A stretch of DNA of 64,000 nt from a virus (IMGVR_UViG_2639763153_000002), one strand, 5' to 3'; counted from the first letter of the stretch, positions 35,724 to 46,603 are shown. The notes: generated by a model from the letters alone, not told the origin. Numbers and translations are program-made.

Positions 35724-38176
35724 TAGCTAATTTTCCTCCCCGAGGTAGTTTTCCCCATCAAGGCCTTATGCAAATCACCCTGACCGCTTGCGACTGAATT
35801 AACCGCCTTCCGGTATCCCCTTTCTGCCCCCTCATCTGCAGCTTTACGGACCAGCGCCAAAGTTGCATCGGAAGGGTTACCATTGATGGGGATATTGATT
35901 GTGGGCGAATAAAGCGCGCCGCCGCCTGTGGACTGGTTTGCTACTCGATCCAGAGTGGCATCCAGTTTGGCGCTGGTTTTAGCAGTCGTAACGCGCTCAC
36001 CTTTCTGCAGGAGCCAGGTTCCAGTTTCGGGCACAGAGTCGATACCGTCGTGAGCCTGGCCATGAAGCGCCGATCCGATAGCAGTCATGAACACGCCAGC
36101 AGCAGCTGCCGCAGCGATTGCTTGTGCAGGTGCAACAGCAGGACCAACATAAGGAACCCCTATCCATTGGGTGAAAGCATTCAATGCAGCCATGGCGACT
36201 TGCGCTGCTGCATATTGCAATAGCGCAGTTCCTACAGATTGAATAAACGTTGCTGCAAAATCCTGGGCATTTAATTTACCTGTTTCGGCCCATTGAACGA
36301 TCATATCGGTCATGCTGCTAAATGTTTGCGCACCAACCTGTTGCATGGTGGAATACAAATCCATTGCAGCAGTTGCTTGTTCAGCAAACCCAGATATAAA
36401 CCCAGCGTTATAATCACCACGCATCTCATCCTGCTGCTTATAGTAATCCTTCTGAATTTCAAGCCTTTGATTTAGAGCATCCTGCAAAGCTGATGTTTCA
36501 GAATCATACAAACTCTTGGTTATATCACCAGATTGATATTGCTTTAATAAATCCTCTTTTTGTGATTCAAAGTCTAACTGAATGCTATTTAACTCTTGCG
36601 CCCTGCCTCTTTCTCTTGAGGCTGAATAACGACCAACAAACTCACTTCCATGCCCCTGTCTAATTAACTTATTTTGGCGTTCAAGATTAGATGCAAATTC
36701 AGCTAACTTTGCATTTTCTTTATTTATCCGAAGCTCTTCTTTTTTGGAATCGAGAACTTTCGCTGCATCTCTCAATTGCTCTTTTTGTGCTTCTGTTAAT
36801 TTTTTAAGATTCCCACTGGAAATATCGAAGTTTATCTTTTCAAGCTCGGTAACTTCGGCTGTTTTTTTACCAGTCGTTTCAATTAGGGCAGCTTGCTTTT
36901 GTAAGTCAAGCAGTCTATTTTTGAAAGCATTGTCAGAAGGATTGCTTTTTGGTTTTGTATTTGGCTGATTCTGGTTAGACTCCCCTTTGCCCAACGAAAA
37001 ATCATTATCTTTAGAAGTCTCAATTCCAAGATCCGAAAGTAGAGAGGTGAGCCCTTTCGCTCCTCTATCTACCTGTTCCGGAGTCATGCTTGACTTTATC
37101 GCGCGAAGAAATTGAAGACGTTTAGTTAAAAATTCTAATTCGTCTTTTTGTTCCTTACTTTGATTCCCTCGTTTGTTAAGGAATTCAATGCGCTGTGCAA
37201 TATCACTTTCATCAGCAGCGTTATAATTACCAGATACAGCACCGATACGAGAGCGGGTATAAGTTGCAATAGCCCCCAGGCCACCAGCAATACGCCCCAC
37301 AACCCCGGCAAGGCTTATGGCTTCACCAACCAGGTCTGATAGCCCCTGAAGAACAGCAGGATCGGTGAAGACGTCACGAATGTCATCAAGCCCATCCTGC
37401 AATGGTGTAAGGTCAACCTTAGCCAGCCCTGAAGCAATTTCCATTTTAAGACCGCGGGCGCTAGTCTCTATATCCTGAAAGAACTGATTAACCTTAACAA
37501 GGTTATCAATATCTTCTTGCGGTGGTGCGACACCAAAATCTTTTGATAGCTGGATAAACTGTTTCAGCTTCTCGTTGTTGTTGTCGAACAACGGCAGCAT
37601 TTTTGACAGGTCATTACCCAGGCTTTCGAGAATATTTGTTTTCCCGGCCTGAGTGGGGATTTTCTGTAATGCTTCACTGATTGCCATCAGCTGCTTGTCT
37701 GGGGATTGCTGAGCCAGCTTCTGAGCTGAAAGCCCCAAAGTATCCAGCGCCTGAGCTGCCTCACCTGATTTATTCAGGACCGCATCACCGACCTTATCAT
37801 TAATGTCTTTGAAAATATCGGCTATGTTGTCACCGGTTAAACCGGCTTGTTCAGCAGCGTATTGCCAGGATAACAAATCCTGGGTGGACATTTTAAGAGA
37901 TTTTGCCCAGCGATCAGCTTCTGTAACCTGCTGTGCAGTATTTTTAACTATGGCTAACCCAGCAGCACCAATGCCAACAGCTGCTGTAGCCGCCGCAGCA
38001 CCCACAGCAATGATTGAAGAACTAACCTCTTTAGCATCCTTTTTTACTTGGTCACGCCACTTTTGAGAAGATCTTTCGGCTTTGTCCATACCCTGAACAA
38101 ATCCACCCACTTTTGCGATCAGGTCGATTGTTAACGTACCAAGGGACTTGCCAGCCATTGAATTTTCTCCAGGCAA
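35723..38176 (-). CDS. Tail tape measure protein (listed start is TTG; likely ATG at 38158 with GGAG RBS)
   Basis: About 811 to 817 aa, coiled-coil rich. Position. Confidence 0.9.
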   Translation of the reverse strand: MPGENSMAGKSLGTLTIDLIAKVGGFVQGMDKAERSSQKWRDQVKKDAKEVSSSIIAVGAAAATAAVGIGAAGLAIVKNTAQQVTEADRWAKSLKMSTQDLLSWQYAAEQAGLTGDNIADIFKDINDKVGDAVLNKSGEAAQALDTLGLSAQKLAQQSPDKQLMAISEALQKIPTQAGKTNILESLGNDLSKMLPLFDNNNEKLKQFIQLSKDFGVAPPQEDIDNLVKVNQFFQDIETSARGLKMEIASGLAKVDLTPLQDGLDDIRDVFTDPAVLQGLSDLVGEAISLAGVVGRIAGGLGAIATYTRSRIGAVSGNYNAADESDIAQRIEFLNKRGNQSKEQKDELEFLTKRLQFLRAIKSSMTPEQVDRGAKGLTSLLSDLGIETSKDNDFSLGKGESNQNQPNTKPKSNPSDNAFKNRLLDLQKQAALIETTGKKTAEVTELEKINFDISSGNLKKLTEAQKEQLRDAAKVLDSKKEELRINKENAKLAEFASNLERQNKLIRQGHGSEFVGRYSASRERGRAQELNSIQLDFESQKEDLLKQYQSGDITKSLYDSETSALQDALNQRLEIQKDYYKQQDEMRGDYNAGFISGFAEQATAAMDLYSTMQQVGAQTFSSMTDMIVQWAETGKLNAQDFAATFIQSVGTALLQYAAAQVAMAALNAFTQWIGVPYVGPAVAPAQAIAAAAAAGVFMTAIGSALHGQAHDGIDSVPETGTWLLQKGERVTTAKTSAKLDATLDRVANQSTGGGALYSPTINIPINGNPSDATLALVRKAADEGAERGYRKAVNSVASGQGDLHKALMGKTTSGRKIS

Positions 38177-38199
38177 TAAAAAACCCCGCAGGAGCGAGG
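38177..38199 (-). terminator. Intrinsic terminator-like hairpin plus U-run between lipoprotein moron and TMP
   Basis: Imperfect GC stem followed by TTTTTT on - strand. Confidence 0.45.
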
Positions 38200-38221
38200 T
38201 TTATTTTATGATTTAGCTAAT

Positions 38222-38659
38222 TTAACTTTTACCGCACCCACCGATTTGGAAGGATGCAGTATAGTCAGTGGCGCTATTTTGATTAACAAGATACAGATAA
38301 GACTTATTACCAACATAACCGCCATAACTGTTTTTAGCGTTAAGAGTAAAAGGAACTAACCATCCGTAATAAGTTGTAAACCCTGATTTGCACCAGCCTT
38401 TGAAAGGTTCATTGAAATCATATCGTGCAGAATAAGGGTCCTTAAGGCGCGCCGACATACTATTTTTAATTATTTCCTGATAATTATCAGGTAACTTCCC
38501 ATAATCGGCGCGGCTTAGCTCCGCCTTATCTGGCGCACTAACGCAGCCACCTAAAAGCATTACAGTAAAAACAACAGCTGCTTTCTTTATCATAATCCCC
38601 TCGGTATCAATATAATCATCCCAGAGAGAATATAACCAAATAAATGATATCAATGCCAA
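38222..38659 (-). CDS. Lipoprotein moron (likely start at MIKKAAVVF, about 38593)
   Basis: Signal peptide plus lipobox LLGGC. AT-rich. Inserted between tail chaperones and TMP. Confidence 0.5.
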   Translation of the reverse strand: MALISFIWLYSLWDDYIDTEGIMIKKAAVVFTVMLLGGCVSAPDKAELSRADYGKLPDNYQEIIKNSMSARLKDPYSARYDFNEPFKGWCKSGFTTYYGWLVPFTLNAKNSYGGYVGNKSYLYLVNQNSATDYTASFQIGGCGKS

Positions 38660-38916
38660 CTTTTCATAGCTTCTTCCAGAGATAATGGCGCTTCGTTGAT
38701 GTGCGGTGCAAAGTCACTTACCTTGAACGGCGGCGTGTTTTTTGCCTTATTGATGTTAGCCAGGACAGAAGCCACCAGCGAAGCCCCCCACTCAGTACGC
38801 ATCATGATATTGAGCGGTCCGTACTTCTCACGGTACTTGAGCCAAACCAGAAATTCCCTGCGACTCATCCGCTCCTGAGCCACTGCGATGGTGCGGCCGC
38901 CGATGCCGTTCATCAC
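38650..38916 (-). CDS. Tail assembly chaperone T-like extension (frameshift partner of 38946..39299)
   Basis: Position and frame relation. Confidence 0.4.
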   Translation of the reverse strand: MMNGIGGRTIAVAQERMSRREFLVWLKYREKYGPLNIMMRTEWGASLVASVLANINKAKNTPPFKVSDFAPHINEAPLSLEEAMKSWH

Positions 38917-38945
38917 CAGTTCGCACCAGAATTCATCCTCGCCGG

Positions 38946-39299
38946 TTAGCTCGTAGTCTTTCCCAGTTCGTTTACATCATGAATTGCAGCCAGGAGGGCC
39001 ATAACAATCGGACCGTCCAGCGCCCCACGATCTGGGGTAGCAGTCCCAAGAATGTCAGCCGCGGTAAACACTGGGGCGCCGTGCTGATCGCAAATATGCG
39101 CCGCAATGCGCTCAGCAATCGGGTCCGATTTCCCGTTATACGCCAGCAGTTCAGCTTTAGTGGTGTGGTAGCCCATCGGGCGCACATAGACGGTTGCGAT
39201 ATGCTCTTTCCCGTCACGGCCTTTCCACTTAATTTCTTTTTCCACGGGACGCCCGGTAAAGGCACCGGTTTCTTTTAACGTATCGAGAGTAAGTTGCAT
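38946..39299 (-). CDS. Tail assembly chaperone (gpG-like)
   Basis: 117 aa between MTP and TMP. Confidence 0.65.
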   Translation of the reverse strand: MQLTLDTLKETGAFTGRPVEKEIKWKGRDGKEHIATVYVRPMGYHTTKAELLAYNGKSDPIAERIAAHICDQHGAPVFTAADILGTATPDRGALDGPIVMALLAAIHDVNELGKTTS

Positions 39300-39342
39300 T
39301 TCAGCTCCTGAACAGAAAAGCCCGGATAACCGGGCATATTAA

Positions 39343-39864
39343 TTACGCTGCGGACTTAGGCACCCATACGGAAGAGCCAGACCGCTGGATCGTGGCGGAG
39401 GTCGTCACAACAGCGTTACCCTGAAAATCAAACGGGAAGTCAGAAACGTAACCCTGGAAAATGAACCAGGTGCGATCCGATGGCAGCACCAGGCCATCAA
39501 CAGCATCCTCAGCGCCAGGAGCGGCGGCTGTCGGGACACTGGTTCCATCTGACCAGCCAACCGCAAAAGTTAACGGCGTCTGGTCATTCGCTTCAGCGAG
39601 GCCATGCAACATAATGTGGCTGGCGTTCGTCGGATCAGCGTTAAGCCCGACGGTTGCGGCCGCAGGCGTTTTAAGCCCCTTTTTGTAGGTTCTGGAATCC
39701 CGCTCACTCAGACAGGTATCTTCAATCTGATCGGCAGGGTTCCCGCCGGGGTTGAAACTGGTGATGCATTCAACCTCGCTGACCACGCCAGACTTGAGCA
39801 CAAAAAACTGCGTGCCTTGCGTTAATACAGACATGTTTTGTCTCCATAAAAGAAAAACCCGCAC
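39343..39864 (-). CDS. Major tail protein (likely start MSVLTQ at 39834)
   Basis: About 163 aa. Position after tail terminator. Confidence 0.75.
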   Translation of the reverse strand: MRVFLLWRQNMSVLTQGTQFFVLKSGVVSEVECITSFNPGGNPADQIEDTCLSERDSRTYKKGLKTPAAATVGLNADPTNASHIMLHGLAEANDQTPLTFAVGWSDGTSVPTAAAPGAEDAVDGLVLPSDRTWFIFQGYVSDFPFDFQGNAVVTTSATIQRSGSSVWVPKSAA

Positions 39865-39890
39865 AAGGCGGGTCAGTTTGGGGTTGTTGG

Positions 39891-40256
39891 TTATCTGGTC
39901 GTTATCCAGTCAACATCGAAGGAATAGCGGTATCGCATTGTTTCAGGATCGCGGCTTTGTTCACCCCATCGGGTGATATAGGCCTTGCCCTCAATTGCGT
40001 CACGCAAAGCGCGGGCAACGGCGATCACATCGGTGTCAGTATCACCATAGACATCAACCTGCAGAGAATAGTGATCTGCATCTGGCCGCTGGTTTAGATA
40101 ATTTTCAGGGAAGCCACCTACGTTTTGCCAGACTGCGTAGGGATAAACGATATTGTCGTCCTGCATACCGAACGGATAAAGCCGCACGGGAGTAGAACCT
40201 AACAAATCCCTGACTGCCTGGCTGGCTGCGCAAACTGCAAATATTGGAGCAATCAT
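39891..40256 (-). CDS. Tail completion/terminator protein (DUF3168-like)
   Basis: Paralogous position to 15233..15580. Confidence 0.6.
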   Translation of the reverse strand: MIAPIFAVCAASQAVRDLLGSTPVRLYPFGMQDDNIVYPYAVWQNVGGFPENYLNQRPDADHYSLQVDVYGDTDTDVIAVARALRDAIEGKAYITRWGEQSRDPETMRYRYSFDVDWITTR

Positions 40257-40792
40257 ACCGGAGTTCCTTTTTTAGCCGCCCGTCGTACAGCGCGATCGAT
40301 GGACTTTTCCAGCTCCAAAGCAAAAACGTTAATCACATCGGCATCGACCCCATTCAGTGCAGGCCTAATTATTGGCCTCGCTGCAGCATGTTCTGTGCCG
40401 AACTCCAGGAATCGCCAGTACCAGGTATCCCCGCCGGGATTACCTTTATCTCCGGCAGTGTTAAAACTTTTACCCGCCCTGCCTTTTCGGACGTTGGCCT
40501 TTGTATTGGCGTATTGCCTGGCGCCGCCCATCACCCCGACACGAAACGTTGGATCGCCGGTTCTGCGAAATGCCTTGCTGCTGAAACTGACCACAATGTT
40601 TTTGTAGATAGCCTCTTTGGTGAGAGGATCATCAACCCGCGCGGCATTATTGCGCGCTCTGTCCCTGATGACGTTTGCCGCTTTACGCAGCGCTGCACGA
40701 CCGGATTTATCGCGAGTGACCTGTGAGACGGCATCCAGTTTCCCCAGGACGGAATCGAGGCCGGTCAGGTTTACTTCCACGCCATCAGCCAT
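40253..40792 (-). CDS. HK97 gp10-family protein
   Basis: YWRFLEFGT motif, as in 14766..15236. Confidence 0.7.
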   Translation of the reverse strand: MADGVEVNLTGLDSVLGKLDAVSQVTRDKSGRAALRKAANVIRDRARNNAARVDDPLTKEAIYKNIVVSFSSKAFRRTGDPTFRVGVMGGARQYANTKANVRKGRAGKSFNTAGDKGNPGGDTWYWRFLEFGTEHAAARPIIRPALNGVDADVINVFALELEKSIDRAVRRAAKKGTPV

Positions 40793-41117
40793 CGTTAGCC
40801 CCCTCTGAACAAGGCAGTGTCAGGTATTCCCTGCCGCTCCGGGGGTCAGGTAAAACGCCCTCAATGTTGTAGATGCGGCCACGAAACAGGATCCGATGTT
40901 TGCGGGTGACGCCCTTACGGTAACGAATCGTTATCCGTGTGGTAACTTCGCCCTGAGAGGCCTGGGCGGCGATAAACTCACGTGCGGATAAAGGAGCGAC
41001 TTCGGCCCAAAGGGTTGCGACATCGCGCCAGGTATTAATCACGGCTCCCGTTGTCGGGTTCTGTTCTTTTACCGGCTCCTGCAGGGTGATCCTGTGACGC
41101 AATTTTCCGGCCTGCAT
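40785..41117 (-). CDS. Head closure / head-tail adaptor
   Basis: HRITLQ...WAEV...SARE pattern, as in 14449..14790. Confidence 0.7.
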   Translation of the reverse strand: MQAGKLRHRITLQEPVKEQNPTTGAVINTWRDVATLWAEVAPLSAREFIAAQASQGEVTTRITIRYRKGVTRKHRILFRGRIYNIEGVLPDPRSGREYLTLPCSEGANDG

Positions 41118-41118
41118 A

Positions 41119-41316
41119 TCACCCCCTGGGTTTCCCGCTCAGATAGGTTTGCTGCTCTGGCGCCTCATCGAGATCGCCGGCAAGCGACTGGATAATTACA
41201 TCGGACAGGGCGACGTTAGACTCAGCCAGGCGGTTTATCGCTTCCGTCTGCTCTCGCTGTGCTGTTGTTTGTTCTCTCAGCGCTGCTATCAGCGCGTTTA
41301 CCAGTTGCTCGTTCAT
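41119..41316 (-). CDS. Small hypothetical head-module protein
   Basis: 65-aa ORF. Confidence 0.35.
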   Translation of the reverse strand: MNEQLVNALIAALREQTTAQREQTEAINRLAESNVALSDVIIQSLAGDLDEAPEQQTYLSGKPRG

Positions 41317-41376
41317 AGGCTATTTTCGTCCACTTTTTTAACCACTCACGCCGTTTAGCACATCCTGAGCAGCCCA

Positions 41377-41769
41377 TTAGTTCCACCTCCGGTGCCGAAT
41401 CAGCAGCGCCTCAACGCCCAGCGGAACTTCCGATAGGTTCTGCGCTGCCGCTTCGCGGTTCGCATACCAGTGTCCAATCAGCAAAAGCATTGCCGCCCAG
41501 ATGCCGGAAGTAAAAATAACCTCACGGGGCTGAGTTTCCCCTTCCACTGGCGGCGTTAATGTTTCGACCAGCGCACCGTCGCAGAACCGCTCAACATAAT
41601 CGACGGAGGCCGAAGCATAGGCAGCAATAAGCGTATCTTCGTCGTCACCATCAACCTTCAGATGCGCCTTTATCTGCGCCAGCTGTTCCTCGCTTATTTC
41701 CACCTTTACCCCCTGGTTTGGCTTTAGCAGGCTCCGCAGAACCAGAGTCTGTTGCCTTTTCCGGCTCAA
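41377..41769 (-). CDS. Head-tail connector (gp6-like). True start probably internal (about 41703)
   Basis: EEQLAQIKAHLKVDGDDEDTLI pattern. Confidence 0.65.
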   Translation of the reverse strand: MSRKRQQTLVLRSLLKPNQGVKVEISEEQLAQIKAHLKVDGDDEDTLIAAYASASVDYVERFCDGALVETLTPPVEGETQPREVIFTSGIWAAMLLLIGHWYANREAAAQNLSEVPLGVEALLIRHRRWN

Positions 41770-41893
41770 CCGCCTCGGCCAGATGCAGTTTCACCAGTAC
41801 TTCGCCGATTTCTTTATGCACCTCGCGGATTTCCCCCTGAGATACCGTACCCAGGTGATAATGCGAGAACATACGGAGAGCTTTAATTTTCAT
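41651..41893 (-). CDS. Small hypothetical protein between MCP and connector (overlaps connector ORF N-terminus)
   Basis: ORF only. Lys/Gly/Ala-rich tail. Confidence 0.3.
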   Translation of the reverse strand: MKIKALRMFSHYHLGTVSQGEIREVHKEIGEVLVKLHLAEAVEPEKATDSGSAEPAKAKPGGKGGNKRGTAGADKGASEG

Positions 41894-41929
41894 CTCATTT
41901 ACGCGGCCATTGCTGGCCGCGCCCTTTTG

Positions 41930-43093
41930 TTATGCACCAGTGCTGACAGCAATATCACCCGTCACAATCGCTGCCGGGCGATAGTGGGCCAGCGCCAGGC
42001 GCTCTTCGCAAAGGATGGTCAGCATGTTTTTAACGAAGTTATCGCGGTCCTGGTTGCTGATCTCGATGGTGGCATCCATGCGATCCCAAACCTGCGACGC
42101 CAGGCCAAACGCGCCAACGGTGAATTTGCCTGCCGTCTGCGCCGTGGTCGACACCACCGGAAGCCCCCAAAGCACTTTCGAGGCAAACGCCTGCGGGCCA
42201 CCGAGGATGTAATTGCCGTTAGCGTCCTTCAGCAGAGCAATACGGTGCCAGTCCGCCGGGTTCAGAATGATGCCGTCGGCTTCGAACTCACTCAGCGATA
42301 CCTGATAGATGGCGTGTGCCAGAACATCAGCGCCAGTATCTCCGGTTGCGTTGAGTGTGGTTTCGTAGTCGTTCGCTACTACGTTGAGCCCCTGCAGGTT
42401 ATCGCCGGTACCGTCCCCGTTCAGCATCTGGTTCTCTTCCACCAGCGCCAGTCCGTACATCATGCGGGAATTGATGTAAGACTCGAGCGCCGGGGCATCA
42501 TCCATGATCTGGCGCGATGCCTGGATCCAGTGGGCGATAGTTTTCACGTTCGCCGTTTCTTTGGTGAAGGTAATATTACTTTCCGGCTTGAGGGTACCTT
42601 CTGCCACTGGTGCTGCAGCGTTGGTAAACACGTTTTCGCGCACGTATTCCAGCGCGTTACTGGTGATACGCCCCTGTGCCAGCAAGTCACGCACGGTCAG
42701 ACGGCGAAGACCCGGCATAAGAATACCCGGCAGCTGCTGCGGCTGGACCAGGGCGCCTGCCGACGCTGCGCCCGAACCAATCGCTTTATCAAAACTGGTA
42801 ACTTTCGCTTTGGTTCGCGAGCCGTCCCAGCCCTTCATCAGGTCTTCAGATACGCGCTGAGCAAATGACTTCTGCGCAGTCTGATCAGGAGAGTTTCCGG
42901 CCAGTTTCTGCTCAAGATCGAACAGGCGGGTGCCGGTGGCTTTCAGTTCTTCCTGTGCTTTCGTCAGATCGATCTGCAGCTGCTTGTTGATTTCACCGGT
43001 CTGGTTGATGGATTTACGCTGTTCTTCGATAAGCTCCTTTACTTCTTTTTGGGAGTTTTCGATAGCTTTTTCCAGTACAGATAATTCAGACAT
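41930..43093 (-). CDS. Major capsid protein (HK97 fold)
   Basis: 387 aa. Homologous to 12582..13802. Confidence 0.9.
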   Translation of the reverse strand: MSELSVLEKAIENSQKEVKELIEEQRKSINQTGEINKQLQIDLTKAQEELKATGTRLFDLEQKLAGNSPDQTAQKSFAQRVSEDLMKGWDGSRTKAKVTSFDKAIGSGAASAGALVQPQQLPGILMPGLRRLTVRDLLAQGRITSNALEYVRENVFTNAAAPVAEGTLKPESNITFTKETANVKTIAHWIQASRQIMDDAPALESYINSRMMYGLALVEENQMLNGDGTGDNLQGLNVVANDYETTLNATGDTGADVLAHAIYQVSLSEFEADGIILNPADWHRIALLKDANGNYILGGPQAFASKVLWGLPVVSTTAQTAGKFTVGAFGLASQVWDRMDATIEISNQDRDNFVKNMLTILCEERLALAHYRPAAIVTGDIAVSTGA

Positions 43094-43104
43094 GTGTCAC
43101 TCCG

Positions 43105-43785
43105 TTAAGGTGTCCGCAGGTTAGCGGCAAATGAGTTAATGCGCTGTGCCAGCGCGTCAATGTCGTCGCTACCGAACTCGCTTCGGCCTGCAGACTTAAC
43201 ACGGGCGATAAATGCCTGTGCTTCTGAACGCGAAAGCCCGACTGAATCCCTCAGCCAGGCCTCCGCATCGCGAATAGATTTGATGCTGTCGATGCTCTTC
43301 ATGGCCGTTACGCCAGCGAGCTCGTTGGCCGGGAAAGTACAGACGCTAATTTCCCGCAGGTAAGAGATGTTTTTGAAGATGAGCCCTGACGTGCCAACGG
43401 TGTAATCATCAGGCCCAACGGAAAACCCCACTGACATCCCTTCAACCGTGCCATGCTGCATGGCAGCTTTCAGGTCTTCGGCCAGGCTAAGCCCTGGAGT
43501 AAGTTGACCACGGACAAATAGCCCCTTGTCATCTTCATGCATGGCATCCCATTTACCGACCGGGATAGCGCGTGTCTGGTGGTTAAAGAACATGGCCACC
43601 TTGCGGCTCTGGTTAGCAATCACACCAGCGAACGCACCAGGCAAAATAATGTCGCCATCGGCGTCGGTGTTATTAAAAACCGAGGCATACCCTTCAAATG
43701 TTCCCTTACTGCCGTCGCCGATGAACTTGATTTCTGTCTGGTCGAAAGCCAGCGTCTTCTGAATGTCAGGCATCATAGCCCCCAT
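43105..43785 (-). CDS. Prohead protease (HK97 family)
   Basis: Homologous to 11865..12572 (FKGYASVFN...D / FSGYGSVFD...D). Confidence 0.85.
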   Translation of the reverse strand: MGAMMPDIQKTLAFDQTEIKFIGDGSKGTFEGYASVFNNTDADGDIILPGAFAGVIANQSRKVAMFFNHQTRAIPVGKWDAMHEDDKGLFVRGQLTPGLSLAEDLKAAMQHGTVEGMSVGFSVGPDDYTVGTSGLIFKNISYLREISVCTFPANELAGVTAMKSIDSIKSIRDAEAWLRDSVGLSRSEAQAFIARVKSAGRSEFGSDDIDALAQRINSFAANLRTP

Positions 43786-43811
43786 AAAAATTAAGCCCCG
43801 GCATTGCGGGG

Positions 43812-45068
43812 CTATTTGTTTGTTCCGAGATCGGTAATGGGCACGTTCTGCGACTGCCGTGTCGCCACATCACCTCCGGGCAGCGGCGGCAGGTTATCGA
43901 GCCTTCGAACCTCGTTAACGGTCCGAATCCCGGTATTGACCATGATTTGCATAAATGATGCCCGGCTTGTTGAATCACCGCGCAACAGCCCGTCGAGGTT
44001 ATGCTCGGCGTGAATGATGCCCTGTTCTGACTCTTTGACCAGCCAGCGCTCAATGCTGTACTCCCACCGATCAAGGTAGGGTTTGAGGGTATACTGGAGA
44101 AAGCCCAGGTTTTGCTGTTCAATCCCCGATCCCCAGGAGGTGGTTTTGTCCACGTCGCCGACCAGATGTGGAGGCACGCCGTAAAATCGCGCCAGTTCGG
44201 CGACCTGAAATTTACGTGCAGCCAGAATTTCTGAATCCTGAGGCGAAACGCCGATAGGTTGCGTGGTGAAGCCGCTCTCAAGGATCCAAAGCCGCTTTTT
44301 GACCGGACCACCAGCAATCTCCTTAAAGTTTTCCTCCAGCTGCCCGCGCTGCTCTTTCGTCAGCACCTTGCCGTCAGTCATCAGTATCTGCGGAGACTTC
44401 GCACCGTTGGCGAAAAACTCACGCTGGTTATCTTCCATCGCTATGGCCACACCAGCAGACTTCGCACTGAACGCCAGCGGCGAAAGACCAGTCAGACCAT
44501 TGAAGCCAAATCCTTTGAGATGAAAAATTTCTTTCTGTGAAAAGTCAGCGTATTCAGTGTCCCGTCGGTAGCGGTAGATAATATTTTTACCATTATCGCT
44601 GAGCCGAACTTCCATATTGGCGCTCATCAGTGGAACCATGCTAATCACGTCACCAACACCGTTTCGCTCAACATGTGCATAGGCGTTGCCGTAGGCACAT
44701 AGCTGCATAGTCATTGCTTCGCGAAACTCAAGAGCAGTCATGAAGTTGTTGGGACGGAATCTCAGCAGTTTCGCAAGGGGGTGACTGTTGTCCACTTTCG
44801 TGCGCTGATCATTTTTGGTCTGATAAACATCGAGTGGTAAAGATGCTGTTACGGTGGAGATTAACCTGATGCAGGCCCATACCGTACTGATTTGCATATT
44901 ACGCTCATCAGTCACAACAGAATCACCAACCACACCGTGCGCTGACGTACCCGCCATTTGCGAGCCCTTATCGGGTGTCACCAGGCGGCCGCCGGTCAGG
45001 ATAGAGGCCATGCGCGCCCAGAATGGCGATCGCGTCCGCAGGTCAATGCTGTAATCGGTATCTGCCAT
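43812..45068 (-). CDS. Portal protein
   Basis: 418 aa. Homologous to 10570..11889. Confidence 0.9.
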   Translation of the reverse strand: MADTDYSIDLRTRSPFWARMASILTGGRLVTPDKGSQMAGTSAHGVVGDSVVTDERNMQISTVWACIRLISTVTASLPLDVYQTKNDQRTKVDNSHPLAKLLRFRPNNFMTALEFREAMTMQLCAYGNAYAHVERNGVGDVISMVPLMSANMEVRLSDNGKNIIYRYRRDTEYADFSQKEIFHLKGFGFNGLTGLSPLAFSAKSAGVAIAMEDNQREFFANGAKSPQILMTDGKVLTKEQRGQLEENFKEIAGGPVKKRLWILESGFTTQPIGVSPQDSEILAARKFQVAELARFYGVPPHLVGDVDKTTSWGSGIEQQNLGFLQYTLKPYLDRWEYSIERWLVKESEQGIIHAEHNLDGLLRGDSTSRASFMQIMVNTGIRTVNEVRRLDNLPPLPGGDVATRQSQNVPITDLGTNK

Positions 45069-45070
45069 TT

Positions 45071-46603
45071 TTACACGCTCAAAAAGTTGTAAATGAAATC
45101 ATTAACGTCACCCTGCTCCTCTACCTCGTCACTGGTCTGCGCGCCAATAGACATCGCCAGCGCTACCATGCCGTCGATACGTCCGCTCGACTTACCTTTC
45201 ACAAACTTGCGGTTACCGGCAGGGTCAGTGATTACCGTGGCGTTTTTGGCGCACATTTCGAGGATCGGATGATTGCCGTGCTTCAGCTGCGCACCGAGCA
45301 GTTTGGCTTCCAGCTCCCTGAGAGCAGGCGACATGGAAACAAACCCCTGACCGAACTCTACGAATCGTTCGAGCTCCACATCGGTGAAACCAGCATCGAT
45401 GAGATGCGGGCGAAGGAAGCGCATGTTATAGCGGTCAAACGCCAGCGCCCTGACGTTACAGAGATCAAAAACGCGCCGCAGCTCCCTCGCGATAAATCCA
45501 TACTCGATAGCCTTACCAGGTGTCGTGTTTAGCCAGCCCTGCTTCGCCCATATGTCATAAGGCACACGATCGTTACGCGCCTTATCTGCCAGCCCTTCCT
45601 CCGGTAGCCAGAATTTACAGTGCACATCGCCCTGCGTGGTGTTCAGCACCAGTGCGGTCAGGTCTGACACGCTGGAAAGATCGAGCCCGCCCCATACGGT
45701 AGCCCCCACAAGTTCGCCGGGTTCCTCCTTGTTCATATGCCAGACACTCTGGCTAACGAAGGGGCTTTTCGCTTCAACCCTGCGGTTTAACACAAGGTTC
45801 TCAAACTCTGCCTGGCGAGACGGCAGGCGTTTCGCACTGGCGGCCATATCCAGCACTTCTTTCTGGTTCATGAACACATCGAAGGCCGGGTTTGCCAGCC
45901 TGATGGCCTCAACAGAGAAAGGATCGATATCTTCCGGCGCGGTCTGAAGCCGGACCACCGTCCGGGGATCGGCTCCGGTCAGTCCATCATCAATCAGCAG
46001 GCTAAGCAGGTCGCTCGCATCGGGCGCCTGGGTGCTGATGATTATCGAAATAGGGTTATCCTGTGCAGCGGTGGCGGTTTCCAGCGCTTCATAAAGCGGG
46101 TCTCGTGGCCCACGAACCTGGCCCAGTTCGTCGTGTGCGACAAATCGCGGCGAGAAACCGTAGGCCGTGGTAGCTTCGGCACTCAGTGCGCGGTAATAAG
46201 AACCCAGCTCAGGACAGTGGATTTCTTTTGCTGAATCCTTGATCGCAACGTACTGCATTAGTACCGGGTTCATCCGGCACATCTTCGAGGCCAGGTTAAA
46301 CAGAATGGCCGCCTGGTCGCGTGAGCGTGCCGCAGAATACAGCTGCGAGTTCGGTGCAGCCTCGGGCCCTACCAGGTAGAGCAGCATCAGCATGGCGGTT
46401 TCCACCGTTTTGGCGTTTTTTCGCCCGCGACTGATGATCGCGCGACGTGTACCATGCTTGTTGTCGAAAATGGCTCTGAAGTCATCCTTCATGAACTCAG
46501 CCATTTTCAGCGGCTGGCCGACAAACTTACCTTCGGGAATATAAATATTTCTTTCGCACCAGAGGATATTCCTCTCGGCTCTTGTCAGAGTTTTTTTAGC
46601 CAT
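45071..46603 (-). CDS. Terminase large subunit
   Basis: 510 aa. Position. Confidence 0.9.
   Translation of the reverse strand: MAKKTLTRAERNILWCERNIYIPEGKFVGQPLKMAEFMKDDFRAIFDNKHGTRRAIISRGRKNAKTVETAMLMLLYLVGPEAAPNSQLYSAARSRDQAAILFNLASKMCRMNPVLMQYVAIKDSAKEIHCPELGSYYRALSAEATTAYGFSPRFVAHDELGQVRGPRDPLYEALETATAAQDNPISIIISTQAPDASDLLSLLIDDGLTGADPRTVVRLQTAPEDIDPFSVEAIRLANPAFDVFMNQKEVLDMAASAKRLPSRQAEFENLVLNRRVEAKSPFVSQSVWHMNKEEPGELVGATVWGGLDLSSVSDLTALVLNTTQGDVHCKFWLPEEGLADKARNDRVPYDIWAKQGWLNTTPGKAIEYGFIARELRRVFDLCNVRALAFDRYNMRFLRPHLIDAGFTDVELERFVEFGQGFVSMSPALRELEAKLLGAQLKHGNHPILEMCAKNATVITDPAGNRKFVKGKSSGRIDGMVALAMSIGAQTSDEVEEQGDVNDFIYNFLSV

Noticed and set aside
41783-42868. 361-aa ORF antisense to the prophage B major capsid gene
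   Set aside because: Same reasoning. Cys/Arg/His-rich low-complexity translation typical of antisense GC-rich frames
43766-44317. 183-aa ORF overlapping the portal gene
   Set aside because: Alternate-frame ORF inside a conserved portal gene
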